A stretch of 45,346 bases of DNA from positions 1 through 45,346 of the forward strand of contig CANOFQ010000001.1 in assembly GCA_947565325.1 (NCBI GenBank). The letters run 5' to 3'. The notes under the pieces were generated by a model, which made no database searches, had not been told where the DNA came from, and was given only the letters and a program-made list of their open reading frames with translations. The DNA comes from an uncultured bacterium (lineage in GTDB: Bacteria; Bacillota; Clostridia; Lachnospirales; Lachnospiraceae). Below are positions 1-9,813 of this stretch, piece by piece; within the stretch, counting starts at the first letter, position 1, and every line of letters starts with the position of its first letter. A program made the translations under genes and the position numbers.

Positions 1-296
1 TACACCGTGATACGGATGGTGTCAGGCGCAAGAATGTTCACGTCCATCACGTCCACAAAGGGGACCCCCTCTATTCCCTTGTTTCTGTATTTCCATGAAA
101 GATAGAGAGAATTGTCCCCCAGAAAACCGTCCATCACAATCGCCTTGATCTCCTCCTCCGTATAATGGACATTTCCTTCCACGTAAACCGTGCGGATCGT
201 GTATGCGCTCCTGACATACAGGGCCGCTCCCAGACCGGCCCCCATAAGGAGAAGGACCACCAGTATAACGATGACTGCTCTTTTGCCTCTAAACAC
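1..296 (-). CDS. ftsQ: Cell division protein FtsQ/DivIB, N-terminal part (runs off the window edge)
   Basis: Manual translation from GTG at 296 (in-frame TGA just upstream): VFRGKRAVIVILVVLLLMGAGLGAALYVRSAYTIRTVYVEGNVHYTEEEIKAIVM...VPFVDVMDVNILAPDTIRITV. One TM helix followed by a POTRA-like segment (VEGN-HY-EEEI). It overlaps the murA stop at the end of the dcw cluster. Confidence 0.8.
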   Translation of the reverse strand, partial: MFRGKRAVIVILVVLLLMGAGLGAALYVRSAYTIRTVYVEGNVHYTEEEIKAIVMDGFLGDNSLYLSWKYRNKGIEGVPFVDVMDVNILAPDTIRITV

Positions 297-1539
297 TTGT
301 CACACGCGCTCCTAACTCTCTGAAATCCCTGCCGATATTCTCATATCCGCGGTATATGAACCGGCAGCCGCTCACAAAGGTCTCCCCCTCCGCCATCAGG
401 CCCGCCACAACCAGTGCGGCGCCGCCCCGAAGCTCTCGGGCAGTGACGCAGGCGCCCCGCAGTGCCTCCACCCCTCTCACCGTGACCCTTCTGGCATCCC
501 GCTGGCAGACGCTTGCCCCCATCCTGTCCAGATCCTCCAGAATCCGGAAGCGGTTCTCAAAGATTCCTTCCTCAATATAGCTGCAGCCCCTGCCCAGTGT
601 CTCCGCCGCCAGCACAACCGACTGCAGATCCGTAGGAAATCCGGGATAGGGCTCCGTGACGATCCGCACCGGCGACGGCCTCTCCGGCGCCTGCACATAA
701 ATACCCTCCGGCGACGTGCAGACTCTTCCCCCCATCCGTCCTGCGGTCTCCATCACCGCAGCCATCTCCTCCTTGGGCGCCTGCTCCAGAAAGACACAGC
801 CCCCGGCCCCGATACAGCCGAAAAGGTAGGTTCCTGCCACGATTCTGTCCGAAGGCACGGTAAAATCGGTTCCGAACAGTCTCCTGCCTCCGTGGATCAC
901 CAGCCTGCCGCTTCCGGCTCCCTCGATATAGGCCCCGCATTCACACAAGAAGCGGCACAGCGTAAGAACCTCCGGCTCCCTGGCCGCCCCCTCCAGCACC
1001 GTGTCCCCCTCCGCCATCACTCCGGCAAGGATGACATTCTCCGTAGCCCCTACAGAGGGAAACGGCAGACAGATATATGCCCCATGCAGTCCGGAGGCCT
1101 CCGCCTTCAGGCTGCCGGCATCTTCAGTGAACTCCACCCCCATCTGACTCAGGGCATAGAGGTGCAGGTCGATGGGGCGCTCCCCGATGACGCACCCGCC
1201 CGGGTGCTCCATGACCACCTCGCTGCATCTCCCGATCAGCGCCCCCAGCAGGCAGAGGGAGGAACGCATGCCCGTCACCGCCTCCCGGGGCATCTCCCCC
1301 CTTCTCACCTGCGAGGAATCCACAGATATGCCCCTCTCCTGCCAGCGCACGCTGCACCCCAGGCTCTTTAACAAGCTCACCATGGAATGCACGTCCGCAA
1401 TCCGGGGACAGTTTCTTATAAAGGAGCTTTCTCCTACCAGTAAGGTCGCCGCCAGAACCGGCAGCGACGCATTCTTCGAGCCCTGTATGCGAACCTTTCC
1501 CTGTAGGGCGATGCCGCCCTGAATACGAATAGAATCCAT
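289..1539 (-). CDS. murA: UDP-N-acetylglucosamine 1-carboxyvinyltransferase
   Basis: GSKNASLP, PGGCVIGERPIDLH (active-site Cys retained), SVGATEN, PYPGFPTDLQ, ELRGGAAL motifs; 416 aa. Confidence 0.95.
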   Translation of the reverse strand: MDSIRIQGGIALQGKVRIQGSKNASLPVLAATLLVGESSFIRNCPRIADVHSMVSLLKSLGCSVRWQERGISVDSSQVRRGEMPREAVTGMRSSLCLLGALIGRCSEVVMEHPGGCVIGERPIDLHLYALSQMGVEFTEDAGSLKAEASGLHGAYICLPFPSVGATENVILAGVMAEGDTVLEGAAREPEVLTLCRFLCECGAYIEGAGSGRLVIHGGRRLFGTDFTVPSDRIVAGTYLFGCIGAGGCVFLEQAPKEEMAAVMETAGRMGGRVCTSPEGIYVQAPERPSPVRIVTEPYPGFPTDLQSVVLAAETLGRGCSYIEEGIFENRFRILEDLDRMGASVCQRDARRVTVRGVEALRGACVTARELRGGAALVVAGLMAEGETFVSGCRFIYRGYENIGRDFRELGARVTSV

Positions 1540-1575
1540 AAAGCACCATCCGCCTTATACTAATTGACCTATTCT

Positions 1576-1602
1576 ATCCTATGAGGAAAAAGCCGCCTTT
1601 GT
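1576..1602 (-). promoter_or_regulatory. Candidate mother-cell sporulation (sigmaK/sigmaE-type) promoter for murA
   Basis: Minus strand gtAC-17 nt-CATAggaT, about 40 nt upstream of the murA start; fits the AC-N16/17-CATAnnnT pattern. Confidence 0.4.
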
Positions 1603-1705
1603 ACCTTGTCCAACAAGAATTCGCCCCGCAGGCCCTATGCGGATGGCCTTTTGATTTAACGCAGCCGCTTCATTGAATATATACTGTTAATCAAATACGG
1701 CCCCT

Positions 1706-2944
1706 TTAAATCTCCTTCAGCTGTATCCGCTTGGCCACGCTCAGCACCAGCCCTATCTCGATCAGCAGAAACATGACCGAGGAGCCCCCGTAGCTGATAA
1801 AGGGCAGGGAAATTCCCGTATTGGGTATGGTGTTGGTCACCACTGCGATATTCAGGATGGCCTGAATCCCGATGTGCCCCATGACCCCCACCACCAGCAT
1901 GGCCCCGAACAGATCCGGCGCATTGTTGGCGATGACCATCATGCGCCACAGCAGCATGATGAACATCAGTATGATGGCGATGGCCCCGAACAGTCCCAGC
2001 TCCTCGCAGATGATGGAGAAGATCATGTCGTTCTGGGACTCCGGCAGGAAATTCAGCTTCTGCATGCTCTGCCCCAGCCCCTTGCCCCAGATGCCGCCGC
2101 TCCCTATGGCGTAGAGCCCCTGCAGGGTCTGGAACCCCTTATCCAGCGGATCGCTCTCGGGATCCAGCCATGCCTGGATCCGGCTGCCCCGGAAGGCAAA
2201 GAAGTCGCTTCCCGATACCACCAGATATACCACCAGCCCCGCCACTGCCGCCACTGCCAGCCCCATGGCAACGAACTTCTTATAGTCAGGACTGGCCACG
2301 AACACCATGAGCACCGAAATTCCCAGAATGATGATGGCAGAGCTTAGGTTGCTCGTCAAAAAATAAACCTCCAGCACGATGGGCATGGGAAAGGCCACCA
2401 TGACCGCAAAACCCTTCATAGTCCTGATGCTCTTTCCCATCTTACACACCAGCACCGCCAGAAAAAGGATCATGCCCAGCTTCGCCACCTCCGCAGGCTG
2501 CAGATTAAGGCCAGTGTTCGGGATTCCGATCCAGCGGCGGGCACCGTGGGACGCAATGCCCAGAGGCGTCAGCACCAAGGGTATCATCAGCGCCGAGACA
2601 ATGTATCCCAGCAGGTAGAAATGCTCCCAGAAGTGATAGGGAATGTTCGCCACCACGATCATCAGCACAAGGCCTATGATAATGGCCGTCAGCTGTTTCT
2701 TCAGAAAGTACGCCGTATCGCCGAAGCTGTCAAAGGCCGTGTAGGAGCTGGCGGAATAAATCATCACCAGACCGAAGCCCAACAGAAACAGCACCACAAA
2801 AAGCAGGCTGTAGTCAAAGAAATACTCCGACTGCTCTTTTTTCTTTCGTCTTGCCGTCCTATGTGCCGCCATGCCCTTTCTGTGCCTCCCTGCCTGTTTT
2901 TCTGTCCCCGGTTCTGTGTACTCCTGCTCCACACCCCGTTTCAT
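1706..2944 (-). CDS. ftsW: SEDS family peptidoglycan glycosyltransferase FtsW/SpoVE
   Basis: Multi-TM protein; GARRWI, LQPAEVAK, GSGGIWGKGLGQS, LPESQNDMIFSIICEELG, IPNTGISLPFISYGGSS. Exact start uncertain. Confidence 0.92.
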   Translation of the reverse strand: MKRGVEQEYTEPGTEKQAGRHRKGMAAHRTARRKKKEQSEYFFDYSLLFVVLFLLGFGLVMIYSASSYTAFDSFGDTAYFLKKQLTAIIIGLVLMIVVANIPYHFWEHFYLLGYIVSALMIPLVLTPLGIASHGARRWIGIPNTGLNLQPAEVAKLGMILFLAVLVCKMGKSIRTMKGFAVMVAFPMPIVLEVYFLTSNLSSAIIILGISVLMVFVASPDYKKFVAMGLAVAAVAGLVVYLVVSGSDFFAFRGSRIQAWLDPESDPLDKGFQTLQGLYAIGSGGIWGKGLGQSMQKLNFLPESQNDMIFSIICEELGLFGAIAIILMFIMLLWRMMVIANNAPDLFGAMLVVGVMGHIGIQAILNIAVVTNTIPNTGISLPFISYGGSSVMFLLIEIGLVLSVAKRIQLKEI

Positions 2945-2953
2945 CGGCCTTAC

Positions 2954-3124
2954 TCTGCCGCTCCTGCTTCCCTAGCCTTTTTCTGCCGCTCCTGCTTCAT
3001 TTTCTGCAGCTTCCGCTCTTCCGCTGCTTCCGTTTTTCTTCTGCTTCCGCTCTTCTGCTGCTTCTATTCTTTTGCTGCTTCCGTTTTTCTTCTGCTTCCG
3101 CTCTTCTGCTGCTCTTGTTCTTTT
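2954..3124. repeat. Intergenic tandem duplications: 2 x 51 bp (3023-3124) and 2 x 17 bp with a 28-bp period (2954-2970, 2982-2998)
   Basis: gctgcttccgtttttcttctgcttccgctcttctgctgc... starts at 3023 and 3074; tctgccgctcctgcttc starts at 2954 and 2982. Confidence 0.9.
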
Positions 3125-3174
3125 GCCGCCGTCCCTTATGTATGGCGCCTGATGCCGCCCGAAAACTCCTCTCC

Positions 3175-4539
3175 CTATACAAGGCCGTTGACATATTCCT
3201 TGAACTGCCGCCCCCGCTCCTCATAATTCGGGAACATTCCCCAGCTTGCGCAGGCCGGAGACAGCAGCACCGCATCGCCGCTCTCCGCCAGCTGTGTGCA
3301 GAGTCTCAGACATTCCCCGAAGCTGTCAGCGAAACGTATCCTATGGAATCCGTGCCGTCGGGCACACTCTGCGATCTTATCCCTGGTCTGCCCTATGAGC
3401 ACCAGCCACTTCACCTTTCCCTGGAAGCTCTCAATCCATTCGTCATAGGTGCTTTCCTTGTCATAGCCCCCGCCGATCAGAACGGTAGGCCTGCTCATGG
3501 CCCTGATGCCCTGAATGGCAGCGTCTGGATTCGTCCCCTTGGAGTCGTTGTAGTAGTCAACTCCTCCCTTGTTTGCCACGAACTCGATCCTGTGTTCAAC
3601 GGCCCTGAAATCCCTGACCACCTTCAGAATCACATCCATGGGCACTCCCATTCCCTCTGCGATGGCGATGGCGGCCATGACGTTCTCCACATTGCACAGC
3701 CCCACCAGCCTCATGTCCTTATGTATGTCCAGCAGCTCCTGCCTGTGCCCTGCGAAGCTTTTCAGTATTTTCTCACCCTTCAGATAATAACCTTCCTCAA
3801 GCTCTTCCCTGGAGGAGAAAAACACCGTTCTGGCCGGACATCTGTCCCCGAATGCTCTGGTGTATTCATTGTCATGGTTCAGGACGCATATGTCCTCCTT
3901 GGTCTGGTTCATGGCGATGCTTTCCTTCGCCGCCACATAGGCCTCCATGGTATGATGCCGGTTCAGGTGATCCGGAGTGATGTTCAGAATGGCCGAGACC
4001 GCAGGCCGGAAGCTGTGAACCGTCTCCAGCTGGAAGGAGCTGATCTCCCCTACCGTCACGGTGTCGGGCCCCGTCTTTGTACATTCCAAGGTATAAGGAT
4101 TGCCGATGTTGCCCACCACGAACACCCTCTCCTCCCCCAGATGAGCCTTCATGATCTCCCCTACCAGGGTGGTGGTGGTGGTCTTGCCGTTGGTGCCGGT
4201 GACGGCAGCCACTCTTCCCTTTTCCTCCAGATAGCCCAGCTCGATCTCCCCCAGAATCTCCGTTCCCTGCTGCCGCAGGGTCTCCACCAGCGGAAGGTCT
4301 ACCGGCACCCCGGGACTGAGCACCGCCCTCCGAATCCGCCCCCGGATCTCCTCAGGCAGGTTTCCTGCCACGCAGACTGCACTGCTTTCCTGGGGCAGCC
4401 TCCTGCGCAGATCTTCTTCCTTTAGCTTATCGCTGCTGTCATACAGCACCACTTGGGCTCCTCTTTGCTCCAGAAGCTTCACCGAGGCTATGCCGCTGAT
4501 GCCTGAGCCGATGACCAGACACTTTTCTCCTGCCTCCAC
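3175..4539 (-). CDS. murD: UDP-N-acetylmuramoyl-L-alanine--D-glutamate ligase
   Basis: GSGISG, TGTNGKTTTT P-loop, EISSFQL, LNITPDHLNRH, YYNDSKGTN, LLSPACASWGMFPNYEERG. Confidence 0.96.
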   Translation of the reverse strand: MEAGEKCLVIGSGISGIASVKLLEQRGAQVVLYDSSDKLKEEDLRRRLPQESSAVCVAGNLPEEIRGRIRRAVLSPGVPVDLPLVETLRQQGTEILGEIELGYLEEKGRVAAVTGTNGKTTTTTLVGEIMKAHLGEERVFVVGNIGNPYTLECTKTGPDTVTVGEISSFQLETVHSFRPAVSAILNITPDHLNRHHTMEAYVAAKESIAMNQTKEDICVLNHDNEYTRAFGDRCPARTVFFSSREELEEGYYLKGEKILKSFAGHRQELLDIHKDMRLVGLCNVENVMAAIAIAEGMGVPMDVILKVVRDFRAVEHRIEFVANKGGVDYYNDSKGTNPDAAIQGIRAMSRPTVLIGGGYDKESTYDEWIESFQGKVKWLVLIGQTRDKIAECARRHGFHRIRFADSFGECLRLCTQLAESGDAVLLSPACASWGMFPNYEERGRQFKEYVNGLV

Positions 4540-4626
4540 TTCGCTTTTCCTCCTCTCAAATCCTGACCGCCGGAATCGGCATCTGCCCTTTCCGCCGTCT
4601 CCCTATATCCGCTCCGGCCGTCCTCC

Positions 4627-5583
4627 CTACAGGGCGGCCAGAGCCACCAGACACATCAGGGCGGTTATGATGGTAAATACCGCTGTCACCTTTGTCTCCG
4701 ACCATCCGGAGAGCTCAAAATGATGGTGAAGGGGGGCCATCCTGAATATCCTCTTTCCGCCGCTGAGTTTATAATAGCCTACCTGCAGGATCACGGAAGC
4801 CACCTCCACCAGATAGATGATCCCTACGACCGCTATGAACAGGGGCATCTGCAGCATATAGGCACAGCCTGCCACGAATCCGCCCAGCGCCAGCGATCCC
4901 GTGTCCCCCATGAAAACCCTCGCAGGATATACATTGAACAGCAGAAAGCCCATCAATGCGCCTGCCACGGCGCAGGTCACCGGTTCTATCCCCCCGCAGG
5001 TGCCTATGGCCACCACGGAAAAGAACACCGCTATCATCAATGTGACGCTGGCGGCCAGTCCGTCCAGGCCGTCCGTGAAATTAGCCCCGTTGGCCGTCCC
5101 CAGCACGATGAAGAACAGTACCGGGATGTTCCATATGCCCAAATCCAGATATCTGCCAGGGAAAAAGGGCACCTTCATGGCCAGACTGACATCCGTGTAA
5201 CGGGTCAGGTACCATGCGAAGATTCCCGTCACCGCCAGCTGTGCCGAAAGCTTCTGCCAAGGAGTCAGCCCCATGGAACGCCTACACACCACTTTTATAA
5301 AGTCATCCATCAGCCCTACGAAGCCGAAGCCCAGGGTCAGGAAAAGCACGGGGGCGATCCGGGGATATTCGTCCAGGAAGGCCGCTGCCGCCGCTGCCGC
5401 GCTCAGCAGGATCAAAATCCCTCCCATAGTGGGCGTGCCCGACTTTTTCAGATGCGCCGCAGGCCCGTCGTCCCTCACTGTCTGGCCGCACTTTAGCCGC
5501 TGCAGAAAAGGGATCAGCACCGGTCCCGCCAGTGCGCTGATGCAGAACGCAAGCATAACCGCCGCAATACTAATTCTGCCCAT
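4627..5583 (-). CDS. mraY: Phospho-N-acetylmuramoyl-pentapeptide transferase
   Basis: KKSGTPTMGG, DDFIK, NFTDGLDGL, VFMGDTGSL, FRMAPLHHHFEL. Start moved to ATG 5583 (GGAGG upstream). Confidence 0.95.
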   Translation of the reverse strand: MGRISIAAVMLAFCISALAGPVLIPFLQRLKCGQTVRDDGPAAHLKKSGTPTMGGILILLSAAAAAAAFLDEYPRIAPVLFLTLGFGFVGLMDDFIKVVCRRSMGLTPWQKLSAQLAVTGIFAWYLTRYTDVSLAMKVPFFPGRYLDLGIWNIPVLFFIVLGTANGANFTDGLDGLAASVTLMIAVFFSVVAIGTCGGIEPVTCAVAGALMGFLLFNVYPARVFMGDTGSLALGGFVAGCAYMLQMPLFIAVVGIIYLVEVASVILQVGYYKLSGGKRIFRMAPLHHHFELSGWSETKVTAVFTIITALMCLVALAAL

Positions 5584-7354
5584 CTGCCTGCCCTCCCTGT
5601 GCATTCTCATCTCCATGGACGTCCCCAGCTCCGTCCACCCCGAGATAAGGAAGAATGTTTTCAAACAGCTGGCGGACGATAGGCGCCGCCACCTGCCCTC
5701 CGTAGTAGACCCCCTGCGGATTGTTCACGATGGCAATGGCAATGACCTGAGGATCCTCCGCCGGAGCGAAGCCGATGAAGGATGCTATGTAGCGCCCGCT
5801 CCCTCTTGGCAGGGTCTGGCTGGTGGCTGTCTTGCCTCCTACCCGGAAGCCCTCCACCTTTCCGTTCTTTCCGCTGCCCTCGCTGACCACCATCTCCAGA
5901 ATCCCCCGCATGGTGGCGCTGGTCTGTTCTGAGACGATTCCCTCCTCCACGGGGTAGGTAAAGGTCTCCGTCACGTTCCCCTCTCTGTCCACGGCCTGCA
6001 GCCCGAAGTGTGGCGTGATCCGCCTCCCGCCGTTTATGATGGAGGACACCGTGGTCAGAAGCTGTATGGGCGTGATCTGGAAGGACTGGCCGAAGGCCAC
6101 CGTGGCAAGCTCCACATTGCCCATGTCCTCCCTGCGGTGCATGATGGTGCCAGCCTCCCCCGGCAGATCCACGCCGGTCTTCTTTTTCAGCCCGAACCTC
6201 TCAAAATAATCATAATAGCCGTCTATGCCCAGCCGCAGCCCCAGCGTGATCAGGGCCGGGTTACAAGAGTTCATCATGGCATGGGTGAAATCCTGCGTGC
6301 CGTGTCCGGCGATCTTATGACAGCGGATCTTTCTGTCGTCCACCACGATGAACCCCGGACAGCTGAAGCTGCTCTGCAGCGTCACCGCCCCCGCCTCCAG
6401 CCCCGCCGCCGCCGTGATGACCTTGAAGGTGGAGCCCGGCTCATAGGTGTCGTTGATGCAGCCGTTACGCCAGATTCCGTTCAGCAGGTTCTGGGTCTCC
6501 TCCGCCGAAAGCCCCTCCGGCGTCCCCTCCGGCAGCTCATAGGGATTGTTCAGGTCGAACTCCGGCACGTTCACCATGGCCAGAAGCTCCCCGTTCTGGG
6601 GGTTCATCACCACGATGCTCACGCTGTCCGCCTCCTTCGTGGCAAGGGCCTGCGCCGCAAGCTGGGTGGCATAGGACTGTATGTTCAGATCCATGCTGAT
6701 GCGCAGGTCCAGGCCTGCCACCGGCTCCATGCGCCTCTCTCCTGCAGACTCCACCTCGATGCCCTTGGCATCTGTCACGGTCAGGATCTGTCCCGGCGTC
6801 CCCTCCAGATATGTATCGTAGATCACCTCCAGACCGATGATCCCCTGATTGTCGCCTCCCGTGAAGCCCAGCGCCTTGCTGGCCAGACTGTCATAGGGAT
6901 AATATCGCTTGTAGTCCTCATCCACTTTCACGCCGGCCAGGCCATATTCCCGGATTCTGTCTCCTACCGACTTATCCACATTGCTCTTGACCCGCTCCAT
7001 GGCGGAATATTTCTCCACCCTCTTCCTGACATATTCCTCCGAGAGCTCCAGCTCCCTGCACAGAACCTCTATCACCTGCTCCCTGTTCTCTATCTGGCTG
7101 TAAATCACGGAGACGGTACACACAGTCTTGTTGTCTGCCAGCACCACCCCGTTCCGGTCCAGAATCCGTCCTCTGGCCGCCTTTATGCTGCGCTCCCTCT
7201 CATGGAGGCTGGTGGCCAGCGCCGAATAATGCTCCGCCCGCCATACGCAAAGGTACACAAGCCTTCCGAAAAGCAGGACGAACAGCCCCGCACAGACGAA
7301 GAAGACCACAAGAATCTTCTTTCGGTGAAAAAGCTTATTATTGTCCGCAAGCAT
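5570..7354 (-). CDS. spoVD: Class B penicillin-binding protein, SpoVD-like
   Basis: RGRILDRNG, KRYYPY, EPGSTFK (SxxK), SCN, KTA(T) motifs. Position before mraY plus a sigmaE-like promoter. Start is 7354 or 7366. Confidence 0.8.
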   Translation of the reverse strand: MLADNNKLFHRKKILVVFFVCAGLFVLLFGRLVYLCVWRAEHYSALATSLHERERSIKAARGRILDRNGVVLADNKTVCTVSVIYSQIENREQVIEVLCRELELSEEYVRKRVEKYSAMERVKSNVDKSVGDRIREYGLAGVKVDEDYKRYYPYDSLASKALGFTGGDNQGIIGLEVIYDTYLEGTPGQILTVTDAKGIEVESAGERRMEPVAGLDLRISMDLNIQSYATQLAAQALATKEADSVSIVVMNPQNGELLAMVNVPEFDLNNPYELPEGTPEGLSAEETQNLLNGIWRNGCINDTYEPGSTFKVITAAAGLEAGAVTLQSSFSCPGFIVVDDRKIRCHKIAGHGTQDFTHAMMNSCNPALITLGLRLGIDGYYDYFERFGLKKKTGVDLPGEAGTIMHRREDMGNVELATVAFGQSFQITPIQLLTTVSSIINGGRRITPHFGLQAVDREGNVTETFTYPVEEGIVSEQTSATMRGILEMVVSEGSGKNGKVEGFRVGGKTATSQTLPRGSGRYIASFIGFAPAEDPQVIAIAIVNNPQGVYYGGQVAAPIVRQLFENILPYLGVDGAGDVHGDENAQGGQADGQN

Positions 7355-7383
7355 ACAGGACCTCATAGAAAAGGTATTGATAT

Positions 7384-7412
7384 ACTTTATTCCTGTGCGC
7401 TTCAGGTTATGA
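7384..7412 (-). promoter_or_regulatory. Candidate sigmaE-type promoter for the spoVD-like gene
   Basis: Minus strand TCATA-16 nt-AATAAAGT. spoVD is sigmaE-dependent in Bacillus subtilis. Confidence 0.5.
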
Positions 7413-7437
7413 ATAGCGTCCTCTCAGATTTGCGCCG

Positions 7438-9804
7438 TCAGAGATTCGGATTCACCGGAACATCGGGATTGGGCACCGACTCGCCGCCGTCAATAGGCAG
7501 GCCCGTCTGGGCATCGTATCTCCTGCCCGTGGCAGAATCTACCCTGTACCCCGTCTCCGGATCAATCGGATAATTCATCCATGGCGGGACGGTTCCTCCG
7601 CCGCTTCCCGGATCGCCTCCCGGAGAAGAACCTGTCCCGGTCTGTCCGCCCCCTGAAGAGCCGCCTGCGCTGCCTCCTGTCTGGCCGGGATCCCCGCCCG
7701 TGGCGCCGCCCGAGTTGCCTGTCCCGTCCGGACTGCCGCCTGCTCCATCTGGTTCTCCCCCCTGGTCACCGCCGGGCCGGCCCACGTACTGGATGGTGTT
7801 CTCAAGCTCCAGCTCCTGCAGCTCCTTTATCTCATCGGCAGAAAGCTCCTCCGTCATGAAGATGTTCATATAAGGCAGCACCTCCATCAGGATCCTCCTG
7901 CCCAGCTGGGCCGCAAGCTTCGCATTGGCCTGGTCCTCGATATTGGGTCTGTCTATCACCACGTAGATGGCGATCTGGGGATCCTCCGCCGGTGCGAACC
8001 CTATGAAGCTCACCACATATTCCGTCTCCGAGCGCTTATGGGTCACCGGGTCTATGGTCTCCGCCGTTCCCGTCTTGCCCCCGATGACATATCCGGGCGG
8101 CCGGGCAGCCTTGCCCGTACCGCTGTCCACCACAGTCCTGCAGAACTGCTGAATCAGCTTCGAGGTGGATTCCGATACCACCTGTTTGAGGACTCTCGGC
8201 TCGATGTTCTCCACCGTAGCGCCGCTGGCATTGGTTATCTTATTCACTATATGGGGCTCATAGTAATAGCCCCCGTTCACCAGTGCGCAGAATCCCGTGA
8301 TCATCTCTATCATGGTCACGTTGAAGTTCTGCCCGAAGCTGTTGGTGGCAAGATCCGTGGGCCCCATGTCCTCCGCCTTGTAGATCAGGGACGCCGTCCG
8401 GGCCTCCCCTGCCAGATCCACATTGGTCCTGAGCCCGAAATTGAATATATTCTGATAATAGCAGAAATCCTCCGCACCCATCTGCTGGGCGATCTTCATC
8501 ATGCCCACGTTGCAGGATCTGGCTATGGTTCCCTCCACGTCCAGCAGGCCGCAGGCACCGCTGTGACACTTGATCTCATGGCCTCCCACCTCCAGAAATC
8601 CGGGACAGTCATAGGTGTCCTCCGGGGAGATGACCCCAAGCTCCAGAGCCGCCGCCACCGTAAAGGGCTTCGCCGTGGAGCCCGGCTCATAGGTTCCCGC
8701 AATGCAGAAATTCTTCCACAGGTTGTTGGTGAGGTTTACGTAAAGCTGGCCCTCGTCCATTGTGTCCAGCACGCTCTGGTCAATATAGGTGTCCGTCCTC
8801 CTGATCTCCTGATAGCCTGCCGCATTGGTGACCTGCTCCACCATCCGGGTTCCCAGAAGACATGCGGGATCATTGGGAAGGTTGGAATCAAAATTGGGGT
8901 AGCTCCCCATGGAAAGAACTTCCCCGCTGTTCACCTTCATGATGATGCAGGCCACATTTTCCGCCCCGTTCCCCTGCACATAGGCATTCTTATGTTCCTC
9001 GTTGAATCTCTTAAGGTTTTTCTCCACTATCATCTGAATGTTGGCATCGATGGTGGTGTGGATATTGTAGCCGTCCGCTGCGGACTTCACCGTCCGCTCC
9101 AGCGCCAGGTCATCGTTCAGGTAGCCGTACTCCCTGCCGTTGATGCCATCAAGCACATCGTTGTAGTATTCCTCCAGCCCGTATTTACCCTCATTGTCCG
9201 CATTCAGGAATCCCAGCATGTCCGATGCCAGCGTGCCGTAAGGGTATACGCGTCTGTACTCCTCCTCGAACCAGACACCGTTGATCCTGTTCTCCTCAGG
9301 CTCCCCCTTCTCATTCACCACCTCTTCTGCCTGAGCGGCCAGAAATCCGCTGATCTCTTCATAGGTCAGCCCCCTCAGAGGGACGTAATAGGCGGAGGAG
9401 GGATACGCCGCCACGTACTGGCGTATCTTTGCCATGTCCAGATCAAAATTCTGCTCCAGCGCCGCCAGCGTGGGTTCAAGATAGACCTGCTTCCCTTTCA
9501 CCTTGGCATTCATCACCGAAGCGTCAATGACCAGATTATATACCTTCTCGCTGGTGGCAAGCCTCGTGCCCTTGGCATCCAGAATGCTGCCTCTCCGATA
9601 AGGAATCACCGTGGAGCTGTAGCTCTGCTGGGCGTACACCTGCTTCTGGTACGCAGGCCCGTTCTCCCGGACGATCCACGCCAGCCTGCCGCTGAGCACG
9701 GCAAACAGCACCACCAGCACCCCGAACAGCACCAACAGCTTCTTCTGCATTTTTATGGAAAACTGATTTGCCCTGCCATGAGACCGAACCTTTTTCTTAC
9801 CCAC
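7438..9804 (-). CDS. Class B penicillin-binding protein (FtsI/PBP2B-like) with Gly-rich C-terminal tail
   Basis: N-terminal TM, RGSILD, RRVYPYG, GLEEYYN, EPGSTAK, SCN, KTGTA motifs; directly follows ftsL. Confidence 0.9.
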   Translation of the reverse strand: MGKKKVRSHGRANQFSIKMQKKLLVLFGVLVVLFAVLSGRLAWIVRENGPAYQKQVYAQQSYSSTVIPYRRGSILDAKGTRLATSEKVYNLVIDASVMNAKVKGKQVYLEPTLAALEQNFDLDMAKIRQYVAAYPSSAYYVPLRGLTYEEISGFLAAQAEEVVNEKGEPEENRINGVWFEEEYRRVYPYGTLASDMLGFLNADNEGKYGLEEYYNDVLDGINGREYGYLNDDLALERTVKSAADGYNIHTTIDANIQMIVEKNLKRFNEEHKNAYVQGNGAENVACIIMKVNSGEVLSMGSYPNFDSNLPNDPACLLGTRMVEQVTNAAGYQEIRRTDTYIDQSVLDTMDEGQLYVNLTNNLWKNFCIAGTYEPGSTAKPFTVAAALELGVISPEDTYDCPGFLEVGGHEIKCHSGACGLLDVEGTIARSCNVGMMKIAQQMGAEDFCYYQNIFNFGLRTNVDLAGEARTASLIYKAEDMGPTDLATNSFGQNFNVTMIEMITGFCALVNGGYYYEPHIVNKITNASGATVENIEPRVLKQVVSESTSKLIQQFCRTVVDSGTGKAARPPGYVIGGKTGTAETIDPVTHKRSETEYVVSFIGFAPAEDPQIAIYVVIDRPNIEDQANAKLAAQLGRRILMEVLPYMNIFMTEELSADEIKELQELELENTIQYVGRPGGDQGGEPDGAGGSPDGTGNSGGATGGDPGQTGGSAGGSSGGGQTGTGSSPGGDPGSGGGTVPPWMNYPIDPETGYRVDSATGRRYDAQTGLPIDGGESVPNPDVPVNPNL

Positions 9805-9813
9805 GCCGCACCT

